From positions 41,666,001 to 41,730,000 of the forward strand of contig CM059432.1 of NCBI GenBank assembly GCA_030390025.1: a stretch of DNA of 64,000 bases, in the 5' to 3' direction. The notes beneath the pieces were generated by a model, which saw only the letters and a list, made by a program, of their open reading frames with translations, had not been told where the DNA came from and ran no database searches. The DNA is from Squalus acanthias (lineage: Eukaryota). The position numbers and the translations under genes are program-made. Position 1 is the first letter of the stretch. Each line of letters begins with the position of its first letter. This document shows, one piece after another, positions 1 to 11,174 of the stretch.

Positions 1-58
1 AATTATTTTAAAGTTGATGTTTACAGTTGCATAGCTGGCAGCAGTACATTTCCCAATG

Positions 59-516
59 TTACCTCTCCAGTGCTTTGAGGTGCCTGCTGTACATCGTTCG
101 CATGCCTGATACGAGACTCCCAAAACAAGCGCTCTACTCGGAGCTCCGACATGGCAAGAGAGCCCCAGGTGGGCAGAGGAAATGCTTCAAGGACACCCTC
201 AAAGCCTCCTTGAAAAAGTGCAACATCCCCACTGACACCTGGGAATCCCTGGCCCAAGACCACACAAAGTGGAGGAGAAGCATCCGGGAAGGCGCCGAAC
301 ACCTCGAGTCTCTTCACCGGGAGCAAGCGCAAACAGCGGAAGGAGCGCATGTCAACCCAAGCACCCCACCCACCCGCCCCTTCAACCACCGTCTGCCCCA
401 CCTGTGACAGAGACTGTAGGTCCCACATTGGACTCATCAGTCACCTGAGAACTAATTTTTAATGTGGAAGCAAGTCATCCTCGGTTGCGAGGGACTGCCT
501 AAGAATAATAATAATA
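59..516 (+). mobile_element. 5'-truncated RTE-clade LINE 3' end with short 5' inversion
   Basis: Translation ...RMPDTRLPKQALYSELRHGKRAPGGQRK...KDTLKASLK matches the RTE copy at 41097-42490. (AAT)n tail. 11-bp TSD ATTTCCCAATG at 48-58 and 517-527. Bases 60-94 are antisense RTE sequence. Confidence 0.85.
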
Positions 517-1419
517 ATTTCCCAATGGTTGGGGAGCGCTCATGCAAGTCAGTAGCTATAAAGAACAGCCAGAGGTGGCAGCTGAAACCACTTTTTTTTT
601 GGTGGTGCACATCACAACCTGCACCTGCAGGGCTGCTTTGATTACATTGTAGCTTGACGCCAACTGTAGAGATGCAAACTCAATATGCAAAAATCACCCC
701 GGATTAATAATGTTTACAAAGTATTGTGGTTGAACAGCGGTTTCAGTAATTTTCTGATGAAAACTGAGAGCATATGTATATAGGTTACTGTCATCTAAAG
801 AATGAACAAATTTATATAACGCGTTTATCAGATTGTCCCAAAGCGCTTCACAGCCAACCTAGGAAACCACATCTTAGTCCTGTCCTTTTATGCTCCAATA
901 GAAACACACTCAGTTTCTGCTACAAAGTGGAATCCTACCATGAAATAGGCGAGATGGACAAAAACAGGGCTCATAATTCTACTTGCCTCTAAGAGGAATG
1001 GTTATACCAGAACCTACTAAGTATTTAGGAGTTGCTAAAGCTCCGTTTCCTTCTTATCATAGTGAGAATTTTTTTCAGCAAAATACAGCAATGATGACGC
1101 ACTATAACAGCAGGAATACAGGATTTATTTCACTCACTGGGAAAGACTGGTAACCCTTGCTAGGAACAGTTAGGTTTAAAGCATGCTTGACTAACCATAA
1201 AAACAAAAACAAAAAACTTTTTGTGCCACTAAGTTCTGAGAATTGGTACAATTTTCGATTTTAGGTATTCAATGCCAGCATGAAGCACTCAGGTCAGAAG
1301 TAGCAGTCTAAGCCTCCCTTTATTCTTCCCTAACAATATTAAAATGTCTGCAAATTCCTCTTTTAATAAAAAATGGAAATGCCTGTTTCTCTGTGCAATC
1401 AACAACCCGCCATCTAGTG

Positions 1420-1675
1420 GCAAAAACTTTGAGGAAAAACTTTTTTACACAGCGAGTGGTTAGGATCTGGAATGCACTGCCTGAAAGGATGGTGGAGGCA
1501 GATTCAATCGTGGCTTTCAAAAGGGAACTGGATAAGTACCTGAAGGGAAAAAATTTGCAGGGCTATGGGGAAAGGGCAGGGGAGTGGGACTAGCTGAAGT
1601 GCTCTTGCAGAGAGCTGGCACGGGCTCAATGGGCCAAATGGTCTCCTTCTGTGCTGTAACCATTCTATGATTCTA
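1420..1675 (+). mobile_element. CR1 LINE 3' fragment
   Basis: KNFFTQRVVRIWNALPERMVEA C-terminal CR1 motif; (ATTCTATG)n-type tail. Confidence 0.85.
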
Positions 1676-1740
1676 ATTTTGCTGTACCTCTGATTGGTAT
1701 CTGATTGGGATGGGGATGTACCAGATTAGAGTCATGTCCT

Positions 1741-2432
1741 TTTTTAAAATTCATTCTTGGGATGTGGGCATTTCTGGCATGGCTGGCATTTATTGCCCAA
1801 TCCTAATTGCCCTTGAGAAGCTGGTGGTGGAGTCTTCTTCTTGAACCAATGCAGTCTCTGCTGTGAAGGTACTCCCACAATGCTGTTAGGTAGGGAGTTC
1901 CAGGATTTTGACCCAGCAACGATGAAGGAATGGTGATATATGTCCAAGTCAGGATGGTGACTTGGAAGAGAACTTGGAGGTGATGCTGTTTCCATGCACT
2001 TGCTGCCATTGTCCTTCTATGTGGTAGAGGTCGTGGGTTTGGGAGGTGCTGCCGAAGAAGCCTTGGCGAGTTGCTGCATTGCCTCTTGTGGGTACTACAC
2101 ACTGCAGCCACAATACGCCGGTAGTGGATGTTGAGGCTCATGGATGACATGCTGATCAAATGGACTGCTTTGTTGTGGATGGTGTCGAGCTTCTTGAGTG
2201 TTGTTGCAGTTGCATCCATCCAGGAAAGTGGAGAGTATTTGTGCCTTGTAGGCAGTGGAGAGACTTTGGAAAGTCAGGAAGTGAGCCACTCACTGCAGAA
2301 TACCCCCACCTCCCCTGCTCTAGTAGCCATGATATTTGTGTAGCATGTCCAGTTGAGTTTCTGGTCAATGGTGACTCCCAGGATGCTGATGGTGGGGGAC
2401 TCGGCAATGGTAATGGCATTGAATGTCAAGGG
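1741..2432 (-). mobile_element. CR1/L2-group LINE ('family B') 3' fragment
   Basis: Matches the 3' part of the element at 36039-38328 (ILGVTIDQKLNW..., SFIVAGSKSWNSLPNS). Confidence 0.8.
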
Positions 2433-5400
2433 GAGTTTAAATATGCTGATGATGTCATCGGGCCTCGACTGCAATTTTAACCCGAGGCCTGTGTGGGAAA
2501 GCCGTCGAGGTTTCCCCGCAAGACCAACCTGGCAGCAAGTGGATCTGGGATCAGAAGAGACCCAGAATAGTAAGTTATTAGTAACTTATTTGCTTGTTTA
2601 CTTGTGGGCCATGAGAAGCAGGAGTGCTCCAACCCAGTCCAGCGATGGAGGAGTTCTGAACGGTGAGTGGAGTCAGTGGCTATGGGAAGGAAGTGGAAAA
2701 CAGAAAATCAAAGGTCATTTGGGATCAGCAGGAACAGAGCAGCGCTAGCTCAGTGTGGCGTGAAAAATTCCCAACACTGGTCAGAAAACTGAGGATGCAG
2801 GAGCATACCGAGTACTACAATAGAGGCATAGAACAATGGATGACTTAATTTGTAGTTTCTTATCAGACACATACCTTGGGCCTCCCCTGCCCAGGCTCCG
2901 CGCCCCCCCCCCGCACCCCCCCCCCCCGATCGCAGACCAGCCAACCCCTACCTCCCTACTTGCCTTGCTAAGAGATCGTTTCCATGGGTCCCCAGTGGCG
3001 GCCTGATCCCAACCAGTTTTGACTCCTGCTCACCAGTGGTGTCATCATTCCTGTCGGCTTTGGGCAGGCAGTCAAGGCATGCAAATGAGGCTTGGGACCT
3101 AAAATTGGGCCTCATGCTCCGGGGGCTGGATGGTTTGCCACCTCTTCAGCCCCTTCACCCCCGATTCCTGCTCTGAGTTAAAATCATCCCTTAGCGACTA
3201 TTTTGCCATGGCAATTTTACATGTAACTAGCATTCCAATTCCAGGAGAATACCTGATGCAATTAGCATGTAATGACTTGCCTCCAAGACACTGCAACACC
3301 AGGTGTAAAATATGGTGATATATAACTGGCATTGAGGATTGCTAGAGGATTAGCTGCAGAGTGAAGTTCATTTGAAGGAAAAGGAAGATTAAATTAACTT
3401 ATCTGCAAGACATTGTTGCACATACCTGGCAACGACTGTGGGGAACTGTCTTCACAGTGTTATTAGAGAGACAAATGCAGAGCTGTAGCATCTGGTACCA
3501 GGGCATATGCAGCCACCATCCAGTATAGGGATGGCACAGATAGTGATTAATAGCAATAGCCTTCAAATTGTCTCCACCTACTTCCAGGTATGCTGCAATG
3601 CTGGCATATGGGGATGTTTCCCTGGTGGACCCTCAGAACCACTTCATGCAGCAGCATCTCCACATTAGCAGTCATCAAACAGGGTATCGGGTGCTGGGCT
3701 GCTGTGTCATTTGTGTCCAGAATCATGCCTGCACATGCGTTTCTTTTCTGCTCATTTTTGCCAATGGGCTGACATACCATTTGAGCCTTTCCAAAGACTG
3801 TAAGAATATGTGTTCTCCTAATCTATCACTTTCTTCTGCATCACGTTAAATTTTGCCTATACACAAATTTTTGCTCCCATGCTCCTCCCTCTATCAAATC
3901 TACAGCTGGAACTGTGAGTAATTATGGAAATAAGCTGATCCACAAAAATTTAGTACTATTAGCATATTGCCTTTCTGGTGAGATTGACCAGCAGTCTTAA
4001 ACCATTTAGAACTTTCTTACACCAGCACACGAAAACCAAGGCCACTCTGTTCAGTTACTGGTAACATAGCTTTTTCTTTTCTTGTGAAGGATGGTGCAAT
4101 CTTAGTGTTTATGGCAGTTACTTGTATATTTGTTGTCATCTTTTCTGTACTAGCTACGCCTGATTGCTTCAGTGCTTTAGTCAAACAAGAATTTGCTCAA
4201 GTTTGTTAAGTACTGCAGATGCATATATAATAGAACATCTGAGACAGCCAATCAACACAGAACTTTGGGGATCAGTTTCAGATGTCTAATAATTCTATTT
4301 AAAGGAAGATAACACATTTTATTTTTTATTAAAAATGTTATTTAACTGGCCAAGGATGAATATGTAGCAAGATATTCTGGAAATCCACTTGATTTACCTC
4401 TGGAAGGGCAGTGATAAACTTTTTAGAACCATTCCTTAAACAATTAAATGATAGAGTCTATAATAGAGCTGACTGTACATGGTCGGTGGACAGACTGGGT
4501 TTGAAGGACTGAATTATCTTATTTTTATTCCATGATTTGTTATATTCAACAGATAAATAGAGGTGATTTCTGCCCAATAGTAATTTTCGCATCCACTTGC
4601 TGCCATCTAGAAAGTGGGCATCTAGCTATGAATTGCAGTTTGCCTAGCTTTTTACCATTTTTGTATGTTCTAACATAGGCTTCACATGACAGTAATTACT
4701 TTATACCATTTTAAACCTATGTCAGAACACAGAGAAACCGCCCCCCCCCCCACCCCTCCCCCCCACCTGATTATGTCCTCAGGACATCTCAAAGTGCGGT
4801 TTACTTGTGTGATATAGGCAAATACAGCATCCAATTTGCACAGTTCCTGGTCCCACAAACAGTAAATGAGATAAATAACCAGTTAGTGTCAGTTTAGATG
4901 TGTTTAAGTCGAGCAATGGGGTTCGGATCCAGAATCTTCTAACTCAGGGCAAGCTCGGCTCGGAGACATTTCTTTACACAGAAGATTGTTGGAGTATCGG
5001 ATGCTTTGCCACAGGGACTGGTTAAGTAGTGACCATTGCATCTTTTAAGGAAAGATTAAGTAAATATTTGAAGCAGAGAAAGATACAGTGCTCTGGGGAG
5101 AAAATGAGGCAGTGGGATTAGCTTTCGGTTGCTCTTGCATACAGCTGGCACAGACATGATGGACTGAATTGCCTCCTTCTGTGCTGGAAACCTCTATGGT
5201 TCTATTAACTAAATAATTACTTAGTTTTAGTGAAATTGGAATGATTACATTTGAATGAATTTTTTTGTGACATAAGTCTAAAGAGTTTAGATAAAAGATT
5301 TTTTAAACAAGTTAAAGGCTACAATGAATGCAAACAGACCTTATTGTGGTTACTTCACTGATGCATGAAATTTAGTCAATGAAGCAGAACTCTTTAGTAA

Positions 5401-6019
5401 TAGTTGTACTGTTATTAAATGAAACATGATATTGAAGATAAAGTAAGGCTATTCAGGTCATGGAAATCTACTTAAATGTACCAGCACAACAGAGCATAGG
5501 ATGTGGGAAACATCTACAAAAAATTCTGAAGAACAGATAGGCTCACCCACCACAGATGATGTATAATCTATCCGATTATGATCTCTACTCCATATATTTA
5601 ATTCCAGAGGGAAATTTCTGCATAAATATTTCCTGATCTCCAAACACAATCATGTAAAATAACAGCATATTCATCCATTCCCAGATCTGTGTTATTTCTG
5701 GTGCCCTCCATGCAACATGCTCCCTTCATCACTCCAGCAGCATATGAATCACCAAAATGGCTCAGTACTACATATGCCACCTACAGTTTGGCCTTGCTTC
5801 TTGTTGCTTCTGACCACTGGAGGATATTCACCCCTATACACAGCAAGAGCTTCTTAGAAGCACTATGACATCCCCTATGGGTATACCCTTGCATGCTATT
5901 ATTATGAGGAGCAATAGTACAGGATGGAGCAAAGAAGAGTCACACAGCATTTAAGCGGGATGGACCCCACCAGATATTATCCCCTCCCCCATAGAATATA
6001 CAGGCAACACATAGAAAGA

Positions 6020-7860
6020 AATAACTCAATATCATGAGGTTTAGAGTAGTTATGGAAAAGGACAAGGAAAAATCAAATGTGAAATTACTCAACAGGAGGA
6101 GGGCTAATTTCAGTGAGTTGAAAAGGGATCTGGTCCAGATAGATTGGCAGGTAAAACAGTCAATGAGCAATGAGAGGCCTTCAAAGAGGAGGTAGTACAG
6201 ATGCAGACTAGACACATTCCCACGAGGGGGAAAGGAGAGCATCCAAAGCTAGAGCTTCATGGATGACTAAAGATATAGAGATTAAAATGAAACAGAAAAA
6301 ATAGGCTTATGATAAATGTTGGGTTCATAATTCAGTAGAGAACCAAGCTGAATACAAGAAGTACAGGGGACAACTGAAAAAGGAAATAAGAGGGACAAAG
6401 AGAGTGTATTAGAATAGATTAGCGGCTAACATAAAAGGGAACCCAAATGTCTTTTATATACAAATAAATAGTAAAAGGGTAGTCAAAGGAAGGGTGGGGC
6501 TGATTAGGTACCAAAAAGGAGATCTTCTTGTGGAGGCAGAGGGCATGGCTGAGGTATTAAATGAATACGTTGCATCTGTCTTCACTGAAAAGGAGGATGC
6601 TGCCAATGTCACAGTAAAGGAGGAGGTAGTAGAGAAATTGGATAGGATAAAATTAGATAAAAAGGAGTACTTAAAAGGTTGGCTGTGTTCAAAGTAAAAA
6701 AAAGTCACCCAGTCTGGATGGATGCATCCTAGGTTGCTGAGGGAAGTAAGGGTGGAAATTACGGAAGCTGTGGCCACAGTCTTCCAATCCTCCTTAGCTA
6801 TGGGAGTGATCCCAGATGACTAGAGGATTGCAAATGTTACACCCCTGTTCAAAAAAGGGGAGAGGATAAACTTGGCATCTACAGGCCAGTCAGTCTAACG
6901 TCAGTGGTGGGGAAACATTCAGAGACATTAATCCGGGACAAATTAATTGGCTCTTGGAAAAAGTATGGGTTAATAAATGAAAGCAAATGTTAAATGCAAA
7001 TAGTATTTGACTAACTTGATTGAGTTCTTTTAAGAAGTAATGGAGAGGGTTGATGAGGGTAATGCAGTTGATGTATATGGACTTTCAAAAGGCGTTTGAT
7101 AAAGTACCACATAATAGACTTGTTAGCAAAATTAAAGCCCATGGGATTAAAGGGCAGTGGCTGCGTGGATACAAATTTGGCTAAGGAACAGAAAGCAGAG
7201 AGTACTGGTAAACGGTTGTTTTTCATACTGGAGGGAAGTGTGCAGTGGTGTCCCCCAGGGGTCAGTATTGGGCCCACTGCTCTTTTTGATGTATATTAAT
7301 GACCTGGACTTGGGTATACAGGGTATAATTTCGGAGTTTGCAGATGACACAAAACTCAGAAATGTAGTAAACAGTGAGGATGATCGTAACAGACTTAAGG
7401 AGGACATAGACAGACTGGTGAAATGGGCATCACATGGCAGATTAAATTTAATACTGAGAAGTGTAAAGTGATTCGTTTTGGTAGGAAGAATAAGGAGAGG
7501 CAGTATAAACTAAATGGTACAATTTTAAAGGGAGTGCAGGAACAGAGAGACACAGGGTGTATGTATACAAGAAGTTGGCAGGACAAGTTGAGATGGCTGT
7601 TAAAAAGGCATGGGGAGCCTTGGCTTTATAAATAGCGGCATAGAGTACAAAAGCAACGAAGTTATACTAAACCTTTATAAATCACTGGTTAGGCTCCAGT
7701 TGGAGCATCATGTCCAATTGAGGGCACCACACTTTAGGAAGGATGTCAAAGCCTTAGAGAGGATGCAGAGGAGATTTACTAGAATGGTACCAGGGACGAA
7801 AGACTTCAGTTACGTGGAGAGATTAGAGAAACTGGGGTTATTCTACTTACAGCAGCAAAG
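6020..7860 (+). mobile_element. CR1 LINE ORF2 remnant, 5' part (continues at 20262-20490 and 21960-22113)
   Basis: RT motifs SGVPQGSVLGPLLF, FADDTKL. Sequence resumes directly after the provirus (...cagcagcaaag | gttatagggagat...). Confidence 0.9.
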
Positions 7861-7877
7861 CTGTAACCGGTTTTTAT

Positions 7878-8838
7878 TGTAAGTGGTTTCGCCCCGCCCG
7901 TAGCGAGCACGCAAACCCCCTTACTACAAGTTCTGGACGATAGGGATTACTGAGGACAGATTTGAACACGGACAGCGTTTTCGGGCTCACCCGTACAGTG
8001 TTTATTAAGGTTGACAAAAACCACTCCACTCGCATACAGTACGAGCGGTGTGAACACAACAGTACAGTTTAAAACAGTACAAACCTGACTTGTCCAACAA
8101 GCCCCTGCCGTGCTGACTTACCACGGCCTAAGAATACCCTCCCGTGAACTAAACTATCAAAGGACCCTTCCAACGCTAAACCCCCTCTGGTTTGGTAGGA
8201 ACATACAGGCACCCCCTCACACAGCTAAGTGATCTTGTGGGTGTGTAGGCTTGGCAATGCTCACCTAGATTGCTCTTTGATCTTGCTTGCAGCTTCCTCC
8301 CGTACGTCTTGGCTACCTGGTTCGTACCGGCCTTGCGGTATGCGAGTCCCAGCCTTAGTCGAAGTCCGTCTCGGTTGGAAGAGCAAGGCTCAGCTCCTCT
8401 TGACGTTCCGTTGTGTGGAGGGCAGGAGAGAGAGAGAGAGAGAGAGCTATCCAAACTGCTCTCTAATATACCCCTCCAATACACAGACCGCTGTCTATGG
8501 TTTTAATGGACACATGGCCTCAGGGAAATGGTTTCCAGGCTTCCTCCCAGGTTTGGATGGTTTAGATCTCGTTTCGATCTCCCAGCCGATTAACATAACG
8601 AGCTCATCTTCTCCAGAAACAATGAGTCGCCAGCCTTGTTATTCAAGACTTGGGAGTGGGCCTCTCGGGCCATTGTTCCCAAGGACAGTTCGTTACCATA
8701 CGAATGCAACCTGGTTATGTGAGCCACCTTCAGCTTGAGTGCTTTTTCACTGCTTCCCCCCCAAACAGCCTGTCCAGTTTTTAATAAGGGTATATGTTCA
8801 TAATCTAAAAATCCATGGAGTCTGTGCCGACTGCTACA
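7878..8838 (-). repeat. 3' LTR of provirus
   Basis: Near-identical to 19306-20261 (about two dozen differences by eye); TG...CA ends; preceded on the minus strand by the PPT. Confidence 0.95.
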
Positions 8839-8849
8839 GGCCCCCTTTT
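8839..8849 (-). promoter_or_regulatory. Polypurine tract
   Basis: Minus strand AAAAGGGGGCC directly abuts the TGTAG start of the 3' LTR. Confidence 0.8.
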
Positions 8850-8913
8850 GATATTTCAACTTTTCCCAAACAGAAATATCATCAAAAGTTCTGTCGTCTT
8901 CCGCTGCAGGAGG

Positions 8914-11049
8914 TGTAGGGTTCTCAAAATTCCCACATTTCCCAGAGTTATTAATAAGGGGTACCCTAGACAAAATGGCTTCTAGACCTCGTGGCAGAAG
9001 CCTGCGACATTGAACAGAAACCAGGGCCCTGCAAAAACAGCAGGCCAGGTGACATGCCTGGGTCTGTAAGAGAGTTGCGAAATTCCCAGACTCCCAAAAG
9101 ACTCGGAGGAAAAGAGAGAGACCCTAAGAAAAAGGGGCTTTGGACATTTTAAAACCAATTGAGTATATTGGACCAGGGACATTTTAAAACATGCCTGGGC
9201 AGACCTCAGTACAGGCTGCCAAAGGAGGCGGGGCTGGCCTCTACAGAGACATTGGCCCAAAAATTAGACCTAATACGCGAGAGTACGCACTGTGTACTCT
9301 CGCGTTTTAGGTCTCCAATTGCCGGTTTTCAGCATGCACTGCGCATGCGTGGGAAACCGGCACTTCGTGAACTCAAAAGGGGGCGGTTCCTAAGTGAACC
9401 GCGTGCGCGCTACAGGCTGCGCGCACACAGTGCACTTAGTGCTTTGAACGCGCAGGTAAGCATGGAAGATTTTGCACATAAAGAAAGGAGGCGTAAGACC
9501 CTCTTTTAACAAGGTAAGTAGTTAATTAAGTATTATTTAAACATTTTTTCAACAGGTTTATCTTTTTTAGAGACTTTAAAGAAAGGTAAGTTTATTTTTA
9601 TAACTTTTAAAAAGATTTTTAATTTTTTCAAAAATTTAATTTTTTGTTTAAAGTGGTTAATTTATTTAACTATACTTATTTTATTAATGTGATGGCTTTT
9701 TTTTAAAATTTAATTGAGGTTTAGCTGTTCTTTTGGGGGGGTATAGATTCATAGCTTTGACATAGCTGTCAAAACTATGAATGAAAGATGGTGTGCTGCC
9801 ATTGGCTCTAACTGAATCACGTGATCCCAGAGCTCGCACGAACTAACTCCGTCTCTGGGATACGCACGCACTGCACAGCTGCAGCCTTGAAACTAAAGTT
9901 CGTGTGAGCTCGGAGGGAAAAGGTAGGCGCGCAGTGAGATATCGCGGGGAAGCCTTACCCCCGCAGGAACGCTCCGTCTTTAATTTCTGGGCCAATGTTG
10001 TATATTACAGGTGGTCGACCTGTCTGGGGAACCGGATGACCCCACTCCAGCCCATCAAACTGCTTAGCATTTATACAAAGAAGTAAAGGAATGGAGTCCT
10101 CACCAAAACTCCAGGCATGTTAGAAAAACATGAATAAAACAAGCCCAAAAGCCCAGTCTATTCATACCAAGGCCCAGTTTCGATGGCCCGAAACTCAACA
10201 CAAATGAACAACCGTCAGACCAGCAATCATCCTCCACTTAACAAATATTTAATATCGTTAAAGGCCATTCTCCTGCCATTAAAGTTAATGACCTTAACGA
10301 GCCCACCAGAATTAAACAAAGCACTGGGAAGATTTGGCGGGCAGATAAGGAACAATCCAACAGTATAACTATAGACCTGTGCTGGGACAAGAGAGGACTA
10401 CAGAGATGAGAGGCTGGGACAAGCCAGTTCTACAGAGAACAGAGATTGCAAGGCAGAGCACAGACTGGCAGTTTTGCAGACTAGCAGATTACAGCAAGGG
10501 AGCTACGGAACACGGAACAGCAAGGCCAAGCAGACTGCAGTCGACCGAAGCAAGGACGAAACCAACCGCATCAGCGGATTCGCAAAGACTGAGCCTGGAG
10601 AGCCGCTGAAGTTTTCTGCCACGTACGGATACGGCAGCTATCATCCAACACATTGAGCGAACTCCAAGACCACGACCGGCTTAATCGACAGGATTCGACC
10701 TGTCCAGAGACCCTTATTGGTGAGCATGATCCCTGGCCCCTCACAGCACACTTAGTTAGATATGGGTAAGGGGATTAAGACTGTGATTTTTCTCCCTCGA
10801 TGTGCCGTGTGTTCCCCATTCCAATTTATGTGTATTTTAGTAAGCCTGTAACTATTCCAGTAATTTTTCAGTGTTGTATCGTTCATAAAATAAATACGAT
10901 TTTCTTGTACCAAACCAGTCGTCTACTCCAATTCTGTATCGCCGCCTGTACCTAAGTCTGGTGTCTAGAACCCAGGGGTGTGGGAGCGATTCGAACTGCT
11001 CAGGAACCCAGTCAGAGGCGAGCTGACTACACACACGCTGCCCCCTACA
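8914..11049 (+). mobile_element. Solo LTR of an unrelated LTR element, inserted antisense in the provirus 3' UTR
   Basis: 7-bp terminal inverted repeat TGTAGGG...CCCTACA; 4-bp TSD GAGG (8910-8913, 11050-11053); TATAA at 10364; AATAAA at 10889. Confidence 0.8.
9253..9994. mobile_element. Non-autonomous TIR DNA transposon (MITE, PIF/Harbinger-ISL2EU-like) nested in the solo LTR
   Basis: TIRs TGGCCCAAAAATT / AATTTCTGGGCCA, AT on both flanks; homologous to 47831-49493. Confidence 0.8.
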
Positions 11050-11174
11050 GAGGCGCACTGTATCCCAACCAAACCGTACATCAAATTTTACCCCAGGGTC
11101 CTGCATCTCACACTTTATACAACAAATCACATCACAGTTACAGGTATATATACAAACAGACAGTCAACTCCGGG

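Noticed and set aside
3200..4760. Unique, repeat-poor stretch as possible exons or enhancer
   Set aside because: No recognisable coding homology or convincing splice pairs; conservation cannot be assessed without alignments.
8229..8738. 169-aa ORF, and its 148-aa twin at 19715-20161, as a viral accessory gene
   Set aside because: Antisense within the LTRs, crosses a (GA)n run, and the two copies differ by a frameshift; no recognisable motifs.
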